From Parasitella parasitica NRRL 2501 (lineage: Eukaryota; Fungi; Mucoromycota): a DNA stretch of 36,640 nucleotides. This document shows, in pieces, positions 11,253-22,772 of this stretch. The notes beneath the pieces are model-generated. The model saw only the letters and a list, made by a program, of their open reading frames with translations, was not told the DNA's origin and did no database searches. Numbering within the stretch: the first letter of the stretch is position 1; the number at the start of each line of letters is the position of its first letter. The stretch is from contig MU619346.1 of the NCBI GenBank assembly GCA_025201805.1, positions 8,370 through 45,009 on the forward strand, in the 5' to 3' direction. The position numbers and the translations under genes are program-made.

Positions 11253-12700
11253 TCATTCTAATTTTTTTGTGGGAATCACCAAACATCTTATGCCGAGGAA
11301 ATCACAAAAGCTATTAATCACCACCAAAGCCCATCTAGTATATGCAACCAGTGCAAACCCAAAGTAGCTCAAGAGGAAAATATACTCTGATGCAGGGGTA
11401 AAAATAGGATTTCTGGAAAACATTTAGATTAAGCTTGACAAAGAGTCATATCACGGTAATAGCTACTTACATATGTGGGAATACAACTGGTATATTTGTC
11501 AATATAGCGCCTGTAATCAATGGAATCAGCAAAACAGTAAATTTGGGGAACTTTGATTTCGTCAGATGAGCCAAGATTACTTTGGTGGCCATTCTTCCAA
11601 AGACAATACCGGTTGTAATTGCGAACAGCGTAAAGTGTCGATGTGACAAGATGCTTGAGTAAGGAGACATCACCCAAAGGTAAAGACTGGTGATGTAGGT
11701 GGCAATCGGCACGTTTTGAGCAAGCATGGTTCTGATGAAAGACTGGTTTTTGGCCTTGCAAGCCTTGTACATTGCGTAAAAACTACTCCATATGTTAAAG
11801 CTTCAGAGATTTATTTCGTGCTATTGCCTTACCAGACTGGAGCATGTGTAAAAAGAAACAAGGAACCTACCCACCAAATGACTGCATGTGCAATCGGCAT
11901 CTCTGCTACAGCATCAGGAAGCCATGAGACTTGTAGCATCTCCTTTATGGACAACATCCATATCCCCGGGCCTAAAATAACAGATGCTAATCAGATCACC
12001 ACCCCGCAAAAGAGAGCTACTTTGTAACACGTTACCATAGGTGCCTGAAAGAATGAAAATAATACAGGACAAAATAACGCCTTCTGTTGGAGCGTTGATA
12101 TAGCCCAAGTAAAGCACACCTGTGTGATATTCTTCAGCTGTTGAAAGGTAAAAGCCCAGCATGGCAATACCATACAATATCACACTTGCCTTCGAATGCC
12201 CTAACCCAACCGCAGTTGCTTGCAAAATAGCAGCAAACGAGCAGTTGATAGCATCACATCCATGATCAAATAACTCGCCCAATGGACTTGATGTACCTGT
12301 TCTTCGGGCCTGCTTACCATCCACATTATCAAACGTTGAGTACAACCACAATCCAATCGCAAAACTAAAGTAAATCCAACTAGGCCCTGCCTCTTCATCT
12401 ATCCCCATGTTCGGAGCAAATACAATTGCGAAAACGACGTTTATAATCATGAAAAGCAATCCAGTTAAAGTGATTAAATTGGGCCTATATTACATGGAAA
12501 AGTTGAGCATGTTTCGCAAGCACTGGCTGCTTAATAACTTACGCCATACTAATTGGGAAGAACTGGACGCACCAGTTCCAGTAATGACTTAGCAGATACT
12601 TTGAAATCAGTGAATGGTCTTCCGCACCATACTTGTATAAATGCAGCGCATTCAGTTCCTTTTTTGAGAGGAACTCAGATCTTGTCAAGGATTCAAACAT
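11253..12700 (-). CDS. Choline/ethanolamine phosphotransferase (CDP-alcohol phosphatidyltransferase, EPT1/CPT1 family), multi-exon
   Basis: LHLYKYGAEDHSLISKYLLSHYWNW, MAPNLITLTG, the CDP-OH motif DNVDGKQARRTGTSSPLGELFDHGCDA, and C-terminus FCDFLGIRCLVIP. EPT1 and CPT1 cannot be told apart here. Confidence 0.93.
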
Positions 12701-13663
12701 TTTTAAAAATGCAAGAGAGAAAGAAAAGGGTCAAATCGAGCGAGAAAAGCAAGCTATATCTAGTTGCATGTGCGTATGCGTGGGGTGAACTGTGGCAGAG
12801 GCAATTCAATCTGCCGATCAGGGTATTATCTGTTTTATGGTCTATGTACTGGGTTACACATAGTCCCCAACAACCAGCCTATTCTTCACATGGAAACCAC
12901 AGACGAATGTGACCTGAGGAAAGGGATCGCAATTGTGTTGTTCAGCAGCCCATGATAACAAATAAACAAGCCTGCAACTCTTACATTTTATAAGAGCCAA
13001 GATTCTGAATGGATGATGATGATGTTGTTGTTGCAGGCGTCAATAGATCGGCCCCGCGTTTGCTTGAGCTTTGCCAAGGATACCTATGTCCGGTCTAGAT
13101 ATGCGGTATACCGGCAGAAGCAGCTTTTATAAGTACCCTGACGACACTGCATTTGAAACTTGTATTGTCAATGATGCTCTGCATTGGGACATTCCATGGG
13201 AGTATGACAAAATAATATTCAAAAGTGAGATGGATTTGTTTCGAGACTGGTGCGATTTCCGAGATTGATTATAAAGCATAAAGTTACCATTGCATGATTT
13301 GTGCTTGCCAGGCATTACATAGTCTCGCAATAATGTCAGGTGCGCAAATAACGAGTTAAATAGGCGCACCATCACCATCGATCAAAAAATTTATAAAAAA
13401 GGGTTTCAATCCAACTAAACCCGGTTTTGCCTCGGGTTAAATTCTTACAAAACCCTTTTATTCGATTGCAAAAGCAATGTTGTTGTTGGCAATGATTAAA
13501 ACTCCATTTCTCTACCTCTTTAAAATTTGCACACAAAAATTGACTCATTTTCCCAACATCCTTTCTTTTTTTCCCTCCCTTGAAAAAAAAAACCTCCCTT
13601 TTCCTTTTCCCTCCTCTCTCTCTCTCTCGCTTGCTATTTTATACTACGTCCTCTTGTTTTCAT

Positions 13664-13698
13664 NNNNNNNNNNNNNNNNNNNNNNNNNNNNNNNNNNN
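13664..13698. other. Assembly gap (N) next to a poly-A run
   Basis: N-run in the sequence. Confidence 0.99.
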
Positions 13699-13871
13699 AA
13701 AAAAAAAAAAAAAAAAAAAAAGCAAAGACAAGTGATAAAGCCTATCAAAAAGGAAATAATTTTACTAGGTAACATTAAAGTAAAAAGCCAAGCGTTTGTT
13801 TATTAACACCGTTTATGTGTTTTTTCAACAGTTGTATTCATTCATTCATTAAGGAATGCATTTTTGATACA

Positions 13872-13880
13872 ATGTATAAT

Positions 13881-13915
<35 letters not shown>

Positions 13916-13919
13916 CCTT

Positions 13920-13957
<38 letters not shown>

Positions 13958-14174
13958 TCATCATTATCAGCTGATGGATACATCGAATAGCAATGTAAAT
14001 ACATATCCAAATGAGAATATTCCCTATCTACCTCCACCCATAAGCACGTCGTATACTAATAATCGTAATTCCCACTTACCACCGCCACCACCTCCTCCCC
14101 ATCATCAATTGCAGCAACAACTATACCATCATCCTCAACAGCACCAACACCAACACCAACACCAACACCAACAC

Positions 14175-14269
<95 letters not shown>

Positions 14270-16187
14270 CCCGCACCCGCACCAGCAACAATTGCAACAA
14301 GGATATGCCGTTGTACCACCCGAACCAGTCCCTAGCGCCACTGATGCTCAGCCAACACCGCCTTTATCAATTCCTCAATTGGCGGATTTTGCATCGACAA
14401 TGGTCTATTTAATGTGGCATGCCAGAAGACCATCTGTCATGGCGCTTCATGATCTTTCCAAATTAATTCAAGCTACACATACAGAAGACCACAATCCTGG
14501 CCATTCAAGAGAAACAGCGAACATTGCTAGTCGAACAAGCACTGCCTTCAAAAAGTTCTGCAAGCAGGTAAGTAAACATATTAACGTCGATTTTCAAGAT
14601 ATCTTATCCTGTACAAGATTCTGCAAGCAACACAACTATCCGAGTCAGTCATTTTACTGTCGCTAAAGTATATTGCCATGCTATTGCAGAACAATCCGAG
14701 CATACAAGGGGCTGATGGATCAGAATATAGATTATTTACAGTTGCGCTAATGCTGGGTAACAAGTTTCTGGATGACAACACATTTACAAACAAAACTTGG
14801 TCAGAAGTGTCAGGAATGAAAGTAACTGATTTGAACATTATGGAACTGGAATTCTTGGACGTGTTGAAGTTCAAATTATTTATACGCAATGATGAGTACG
14901 AACGATGGAAATCTGCCCTACTGCTTTTCAGAAGTCAACTTCAAAATGCAGACGAAGCACAGAAACAAGAACACCAACAGCAGTTGCTGGAAGAAACCTT
15001 CAAGGGCATTGTATTACCCAATATTCAACAGCAACAGCAGCAGCGGCAACAACAGCAGCAACAATACCAATTCTTGCTCATGCTTTCCAAAGCTCAATTA
15101 CCGCAATACCCTACACAGCCGTTAAATAGACCATTGACCAGAGTCCCACTTCGCATACCATTACAGCCCGTCTGGAGAAATTCTCAACAGCAGCAGCCAC
15201 AGCAGCCCCAACAACAACAGCAGCAGCAGCAGCAGCAAGTGCGGCAACAGCAAGTGCAGCAACCACCGCAAGTACCATCTCAGCATCCGCAAACTCAGCA
15301 AGTGCCAATGTATGACAATCAACATGTGGCAAGTAGGCCTTATGTTGCATCAAATCCGAACAGCATAGTCATGTCAAATCAGCAAGTTCCAGCCATGAAT
15401 AATAATGCAGCGGCTGATTATTATAATAATTACAATAAGGTGGCCTCGACTACTGTTACCACGATGATGGATACACCGGTTTATCAATCGACAGCGTACT
15501 CTAGTAACCATAACCACAACAGCAATTATAGACAACCTGTTTCTATCATTGGATACAACAATCAACCTGAATCGTCTGCATCATCTGTATCATCAGCAAC
15601 AAACATAGTGGGATCGAGGCTATCTGGTATTAATTTAACTTCACAAGCGCAGGATTTCAGGACGACACCTTATCAATCCAACAACCACAGTACACCCTAT
15701 TATAAATTAACGCCTACATCTAATCCTGCAGTACCAAACACTTCCACGGCAGATTACTATGGTAACAGCACAACACAGCAAAATCAACTAAGACAGCGTA
15801 CTTCATTTTATGGTGAACTGCCTCAACAACAACAACAACAACAACAGCAGCAGTCAATGCCTGTAGATTATACTTCTTATGATATGTCTGGAACACTGTC
15901 TACGGGCGGTTTTTCACGGGTACAAGCAGCTGGTTATCCACAGGTATGTTTTCGAAAATCTTTATTTTGTGTGTGATTGTATATATTTACTCGCTTAAAA
16001 AATAAAGCAACAACCTGCTACTATTAGTACTACGTCTGCTTCCTCCGCTTATAGACCGCCTATCCGACTACAATTGCAGCCGCAACAGCAACAGCCACAT
16101 CAGCAGCAACAGCAAGTAAAATACAGTGGACCAGTGCCAGAAGACCCCTTGACTGCTGCTGATTCATATAGAAGCCATATGAATTAA
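13872..16187 (+). CDS. Pho80/Pcl-family cyclin (Clg1-like) with extensive polyQ and Q/N-rich regions; exons 13872-14567, 14618-15943, 16008-16187
   Basis: Cyclin box LADFASTMVYLMW...FKKFCKQILQATQLSESVILLSLKYI...EYRLFTVALMLGNKFLDDNTFTNKTWSEVSGM...LNIMELEFL. Two GT-AG introns keep frame. Confidence 0.9.
14142..14267 (+). repeat. (CACCAA)n His-Gln repeat followed by (CAGCAA)15-CAG polyglutamine
   Basis: Direct count. A further CAG/CAA tract lies at about 13881-13952. Confidence 0.95.
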
Positions 16188-16585
16188 GAAACTGTATATA
16201 CAACACTATACATGAAATACATAGAGAGACAAAACACGTGTGTAAAATACTTCAGATGATGGCCCAAGTGTCTTCTGATTCAAAAAAAGCCATGAAAAAG
16301 GAGTGTTTTGATATAAATAAACTTTCTTTTTGTGAAAAAGATCACGCGTATGGTATGTGTACATTTGAATATCATTTTTTATAAACAACAAGGGGAATAT
16401 TTGTGCGTGTAGACAAAAAAAAAAGTAGATCATATGGAGAGGTAAATTATTGTTGTCAGCAGACCAAGTTGGCCTTTATATGCTTTTTCTGGGGGGGTTT
16501 TTCCGTATTTCTTTTCACTCTTTCTTTTCCTCTTTTTTCTTCTTTTGCCATTGAAATCGGCTTGCTCAAACCCCAATTGAAGAAA

Positions 16586-17529
16586 ATGGAACAACAACAA
16601 AAACAGCAATCTTTTTTGTCTCTTTCTTGTAGCAATCTGACTTCCTCAGAAAATCAATTAGAAACCATGTGGGGGGGTAAATATCAAATAATTTATGCAT
16701 AAAACAATATGCCCTTGGTACTAAATTACCTTTAGCATTTAATAAATGCAAACCGTTCATCGAAAATGGCACAAGATTAGAAAACATGTCCTGGAGACTG
16801 TGGCAGTATCAGCGACAACCCACCAATAATATTGACAACACGACCGTCAAACGATTCATTACATCTGTCCTCTTGTCACCTGCTTATGTTCATGACGCAT
16901 ATTCACACGAGGTTCCACAACCTGCTCAAAAATGCTACGAACCCACGACAATTATGCCTGCACCTGAGCCAAAGTCAGTAACATCTTCATTTATCGTGGT
17001 TGATGAAAAGAAAGTAGACCGCAAGCAAGCCCAAGGGCAAGATGCAGAGGACTACGAAGACGACTACGAGGACGACGAAGACTATTATCTCAGCGACGAC
17101 TTGTATGATGACGACGATGATGATTTATACGATGACGATGAGCAAGATGTTGCCGACCAAGACAAACAGCAGCAGGCAAAAGAAGAAAGCCAGTTCATAC
17201 ACGACTTCAAAAAGACCCAGCCAAGGCCAACGACACCACGACGATCGCTACTGTCTGATTTGTTGAACAGAGTGTCTCCTCCTCCCTCACTTTTATCAAA
17301 CTCAACATGCTCATACACAACCGCAAACTCATTGATTGAAGACGAATCCTCGTCTGCTTCGTCCTCCTCATCAACAGCATCCACATCATCAACCACCACC
17401 AATGAAAATAAACATAACACATCCAAAATTGCATTAAATTCGCATCCCTTCATAAACAGCACTAATGTCAGCAATGCCACAAATGACCCATCTGAAGCAA
17501 GATGGCGGGAATCATTTCATGGCTGGTGA
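16586..17529 (+). CDS. DUF1752-domain protein with a DUF3295-like C-terminal 'FHGW' end; exons 16586-16676, 16736-17529
   Basis: Intron 16677-16735 yields LETMWGAFNKCKPFIENGTRLENMSWRLW, the RLENxSWRxW DUF1752 motif. It also has an acidic tract, the RRSLLSDLL motif and terminal ESFHGW. Confidence 0.85.
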
Positions 17530-17687
17530 TAAGTTTAGGCTTTTTATCTTCCATAAAAAAAAATTACAATAAAAAATTTTTTTTTCGCTCACAGAGGCAT
17601 ATTATCACTGACTCGGATTCAACTTTTTTAGTAAAAGAAATGTGCTCCCTTTGATACATTTTTTCATCACCTGAATGATGGTCTGAT

Positions 17688-19237
17688 TCACCATCCCTGC
17701 CAGCCTTCTAAACTGGCTTCAAATAGTTCGTCCTCTCCGCCCTCAACCACCTGACAGATGGGCGTGAATGCAGAGCGTCCTGGACACCCTTTAACGTAGT
17801 TTTGTGCATACTCAAGGCCGTGTTTGCGTTCCTTTCTGCTGGCTTTGCGTCCGATCCACGTATAGACTTGGTGTCCAACATCAAATACAAATACATCATT
17901 GGTATCAAACATGTCCTTGGAGATAGGACCTTCAGCCACAAGATCGAATGCCAGCTTGCCCTCGCCAAACGGTCCAGAACTACGGAGGCGGAATAGCTTC
18001 TTGTCTCCATTTACTTGCTCTTCTTCGTCTTCGTCTTCTTCTTCCTCGGATATACTGCCATTAGAACCGAGCGCCTCAAAGAATTTACGTTCGTCACTAT
18101 GAGATCCTTGCTCTACTTCAAATGTTATCAAACTGCTTTAGCGCTCAAATCAAGACCGTCTTTACCAACAATCACTTTTTTGACCTTTCCATGGCGTTCA
18201 GAATCCAAATGGGAAATGAATTCAGCAGCCTTGGCTCGTTCAACTCCATTTGCCTTTTGTCCCTGCCATTGATAAACAATATCTCCTGCATCAAGCACAA
18301 AGACAGCTGACGAACGCAAACTTTCGTAGCTCAATGCTACTTCGGAAATAACGACTGCATTTCTAGTACGAGTGCCCTCCAGTTGTCTAGGCTTGTTAAC
18401 GCGCAATAATCTAGTAGGAAGCTCTTCTGGTTCTACGTGGTTAAAACCGCTGTCAAAACCACCATGCAAGTAGGTGATGGCTCTGAAATAACTTGAAAAA
18501 AGACGCGATTCCTTCTTTTGAACCTCGCGATGTTGGACAGCGTAGGTGTCCAGAACTACGGAGTGCGAGAATTTAGCCTAACTATCCCCCCCCCCACATC
18601 TATAAATTTACACGCAGCTTACAGTCATCCAATTCCACTGTTTTGTAAGCGGCTGTGCCTGCTTCATCTTGGGTAGTTTCCAAACCAAGCCAGAAATGTA
18701 TGTTGTGAATTAATTTATCTGTATTGTCTTTTTTGGTAGACTTTGTATAAACTATGCGTTAAATCACTGCTGTAAATTTTGCTTTTAATATCCATTTACC
18801 TTTAAAACAATATAACTATCGCCTATTGATTGTTTATAGTATGTTAGTCATTTGGCCACATTTCTAAATACGCCTGTTTGTGTAATACTCGCCTTGATAA
18901 AACTGGCCATAATGACTCTCCGGAACTTTGACCAACGTAAAGTTTTGCACACGCCAAATCCACATACCACTACATGTATCAACAATAGGTCAGAAGCTGT
19001 TTCTTGTTTCAAAGCACTGAAAGTATCACAGAGGCGTACCTTTCTTGGCCTATAGGAGAGCCTTCATAACTCCAGGCTGTTTCAAGAGCCCCTTCCGCCT
19101 TGCGATGTTGTCTTTCGAGCTCGGATCCAAAGTTGGCCAAGTTAGTTTCATCAAGTTCTAGCACAGTAAACAAAGCTCAGTCGCTTAGATAATTATTGCC
19201 ATCATAATTACTCACTCCAAGAAGAGTTTTTAAGCAT
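17688..19237 (-). CDS. Three-domain gelsolin-family actin-severing protein (severin/fragmin-like), multi-exon
   Basis: [107 protein letters not shown]-like TATAAAAAG lies at 19309-19301. Confidence 0.93.
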
Positions 19238-20064
19238 TTCTATTTTGTTTGCGAGTGAGAAAAAATAAAGCAAAAGCAAAGGTTACTGGAATAGCTTATT
19301 CTTTTTATATATTGCATATTTTGGAACGGAGAAACTTATTCCATATATATGCATCACCATCGTACATAAGAAGCTAACATTCGTGTGCAGCTCCGTTTTA
19401 CCAGCGACTAATGCTCGACTGTAATGTTATCCATGGCAAACTAGCAGTTCTCAAATTACATAATGTGAAAGAACAATCTTACACTTTATCATAAAAATTA
19501 TCCTGGCATACATAGAATAATCTCGCGTAAACGTTCGTAGATGCAAAAGTTTAAATTTACTCTTTTTTAAGGTTCTATCGTTGCGTCTCTGTCATAAAAG
19601 TCAACGCATCAACTTCTAAGCAAATAAGAGAGCTTTCATATATTAATGAGCAAAAAAATAAAATGGCATGCTAGATAACAGCTACTACAAGGACATGCCA
19701 ACTTTTTTTCTATAATAAATGAATCATCGATAGTTTCAGCTCTATAAAAAGAAATCAAAGACGTTGTTGTTTCCTATGGCACGTTTGTCAAAAGCATTCC
19801 ACTTGACTATCATTCAAAATATAGACTCGCGGGACCTGTGATATACTAAAATTCAGAGCTTATACATTTTCGTAAATGCTTTTTTATATTTAGTTTGACT
19901 TTTTCGATTAAATTTGGAAAACCATTGCTTTCCAAGCGGGTAATTCATACAGTTGGATCAGGATAATGCGAAACTCACACTATAGATGGCATTATATCAA
20001 TGATGCTTCAAATATATACCAATAAAACATTAATTGTTCATATAAAAGCAAACTCTAATATTTA

Positions 20065-21113
20065 TTAGCTATTAATTGGTGTATATCCGTATTGTCTTTG
20101 CAAATCTGCTATAGCTTCATATAATCTCTCTGTAATTTTGATTCTAGTCTCTTCCTTTGATAGTTTGCCTTCTTTCCAACATGCTAAAATGTCAGAGTAG
20201 TTAACTGGGTCACCAAACACCAAAGTAATGGGTTTATTCAAGTGAACCAGCTTCGTGCCGTATAATGGTTTTGCAAGATGCATCCCCTTGTGCCATATTG
20301 GAATGACAAGAGGTTCATGATCCACATCCATCAAAATACGACCCACACCCCATTTAAAACGAATCATCTTATCCTCTTGCGTAACCTTGGCCTCAGGATA
20401 AATATGAATCCAGCCTCCTTTATTCAGTTTATCAATTGCAAAGTCTACACCTGGCTGATATATTCCAGCACCACGAATTGTTGGTATAGTTTGTCCAAAC
20501 GCAAAAAAATATGATTTGAAGCTACATGGGAAATGTAAATTCCTACAATTATGACTACCGTGAATGTACCTACATTGACGTATAGCAAATGTCTGCGGCT
20601 CCGAGTACCCACCGCATTTTGTGAATTGAAAACAACGTTTTCAGAGGTAGCACACCCCATAGAAACGGATCATCTAGTACAGACTCGTGGTTTGACACTG
20701 GATAGTAGTGAGCACTAAATTAATCGTAGGAGATGCGTTATGTCAACTTTTTATATACCTGTAATTACCCCTTTCTTTCTATTGGGATCATCTATAACAT
20801 TCTGAAACTTCTCTAATCCATAAACTTCAATTCGACTTTGATTCATAAAGCCTTTAGCTAACAGACCGGCTGTGCCTACTATAGCTGTGCTGCAAATGCT
20901 CCATATAAAGCCATCGTGTTCGGGGTGGGGTAAAGTAAATCTCTTTAAAATAGGCTTAGGTATAGTTTCCCAAACAAAAGGAGGAGGGATATAAGGTATA
21001 ACAGGCGTTGGATTTGTGCCAGGTTTATAATAAAAATAGGTAGCTCCAAACGCTAAGGATGACACTACCCCTAATTCTGTTTTGGTCAATCTAAATATAT
21101 GATTTCTGGTCAT
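20065..21113 (-). CDS. TAZ1: Tafazzin (monolysocardiolipin transacylase), 3 exons
   Basis: ITVSNHESVLDDPFLWG (HX4D motif), MRWVLGAADIC, RGAGIYQPGVDFAI, WIHIYPEA, RFKWGVGRIL, VIPIWHKG. Confidence 0.92.
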
Positions 21114-21184
21114 TTACGTCCAAATAGAATAGAAAAAAGCGAAGGGGGGGGGGTGCGGTTGGTTTTTTTTTTTTTTTTTTTTTT

Positions 21185-21194
21185 NNNNNNNNNN
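21185..21194. other. Assembly gap (N) next to a poly-T run
   Basis: N-run in the sequence. Confidence 0.99.
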
Positions 21195-22234
21195 AATCAT
21201 TGGTCAGCTGAAGTAATCAGTTAGCATACAGATCAACAGCGTTGCATTGAATCAAATTGTAACTCTGCAATAGCCAGAGATAATTTACGGAAAAAACCAT
21301 GTGGGCTTTTTCAATGTATAATTGACAGCGAGCGGACGTAAAGCAACAAAATGTAATCTCATGCAAGACCTCCTACTGTCAACTAAATATAATTTGCCAC
21401 CTGGACAGAAAGATTATATTAATAAACGCTCCATAAATATAGCATGTTAGCAATCGTAATAAGGGGGCCTTGAGAGATATCACCATCTGGCTACGTTGCG
21501 GAAAGATGAGCCGGCTGAATCAAGTTCATCGATAGAATCTATTATCATTTCAAAGTCTAACTAAATGGTCACATTACTATTGTCAACTTAGAAAGAGGAA
21601 CGATAGACTCGTTCCACCACATATACGCTTCTAATTATAAAATGATACGAGGTGGTACCATCTGTTTTAGATGGAATACAGAAGAGTAATGTGCCAAATA
21701 ATGGTATAGAACGATTGTTGATCCTCCCTACTAACAACAATTCTGACCAATTCAGACCAATGAACAATTTTTTGCTCCTTATTTCCTTCAAACTGTTGCA
21801 ATTCCATTTTTTTTTTTACGTTGAAATTATGCTGTATTACATCGATTCTAGGAGCAATGTTTATTTTTGGTTGGTAGAATTGAGCAATTTTCTGTTGACA
21901 ATTTTGTGTTTTCAGGTACACGAAGGCACAAGATGGCTGTAGTACTACTAGATCAACAAATTGTACCTTGCAACAACTACAAGATGTGTATCTAGATGCA
22001 AGAGAAGCTGTTGCTATTTAATTATATATACATCGGATACAGAACAAATTTGGCTATTTTTAATCAACGTTTGGTGTCAATAGGAGAAAAGATGAAAATC
22101 GAAAAGAAACAACGTTGCAAGAAGGAGACATCAAGGAGAAACAGAGGGGTATGATAGTATAGCCAAGTACAACGCAATGAGTACTCTTATACGGTTATAC
22201 TGAAAAAGAAGGGGGTAGTGGTGCTGTCAAAATG

Positions 22235-22241
22235 TATAAAA
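22235..22241 (+). promoter_or_regulatory. TATA box of the small secreted protein gene
   Basis: TATAAAA about 90 nt upstream of ATG 22328, followed by a TCA/TC-rich leader. Confidence 0.6.
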
Positions 22242-22327
22242 AGAAGTAGATTCAGTCCAATTCTTGTTTTTATCATCATCAATCAGCTCTCTAATCAAGC
22301 TTTTCTACTCTTATCCATCAATCTAAA

Positions 22328-22600
22328 ATGAAGTTCTCCACTGTCCTCGCTCTTACTTTCCTCGTCGCTGCTGTCTCTGCTGCTCCTCATTCTGGCCGCC
22401 GTGGTAGCAACAAGTCCAACCATGAAAACAACTCTAACCATGAAGACAATAGCAATAGTGGCAACAAGAAGATTGATCAAACCATTGGTAGCGTTGGCTC
22501 TACTTCCAACGGTTTATTAGGCGGCTTATTGGGCGGTGCCAACATCCTCGGCAAGACCACCAATGTTAACAATGTCGGCCAAACTGCCAACATCAACTAA
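22328..22600 (+). CDS. Small secreted Cys-free Asn/Gly-rich protein, 90 aa, intronless
   Basis: Signal peptide MKFSTVLALTFLVAAVSA-AP, AAAATG start context, pyrimidine-ending codon bias, TATA box and a downstream AATAAA. Confidence 0.88.
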   Translation: MKFSTVLALTFLVAAVSAAPHSGRRGSNKSNHENNSNHEDNSNSGNKKIDQTIGSVGSTSNGLLGGLLGGANILGKTTNVNNVGQTANIN

Positions 22601-22772
22601 TTGTAGCATTACAGAAGACTCATTGGTATTGTACTATCTTTTTCTTTTTTGCATGTGTAACTCTTTTCTATCGCTTCATCATTTACACCAATGTCTTTTA
22701 AATTAAACATTTGTTCACAACATTGAATAAAGCAGTTTATATTGTATCAACTCTCTAAAACATAATGCGCTT

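Noticed and set aside
13477-13806. 109-aa ORF upstream of the cyclin
   Set aside because: Spans an N-gap, a pyrimidine tract and a poly-A run; this is promoter/5' UTR sequence.
3527-14267. Both perfect hexamer arrays have exactly 15 units (about 90 nt)
   Set aside because: Coincidence or a read-length/k-mer limit of the assembly; no biological link can be supported.
13849-14341. Poly-Ala, poly-VA and poly-Cys ORFs on the minus strand
   Set aside because: Antisense shadows of the CAG/CAA polyQ tracts.
18100-18170. Apparent frameshift between the two gelsolin ORFs
   Set aside because: Resolved by an ordinary GT-AG intron (IV|EQG).
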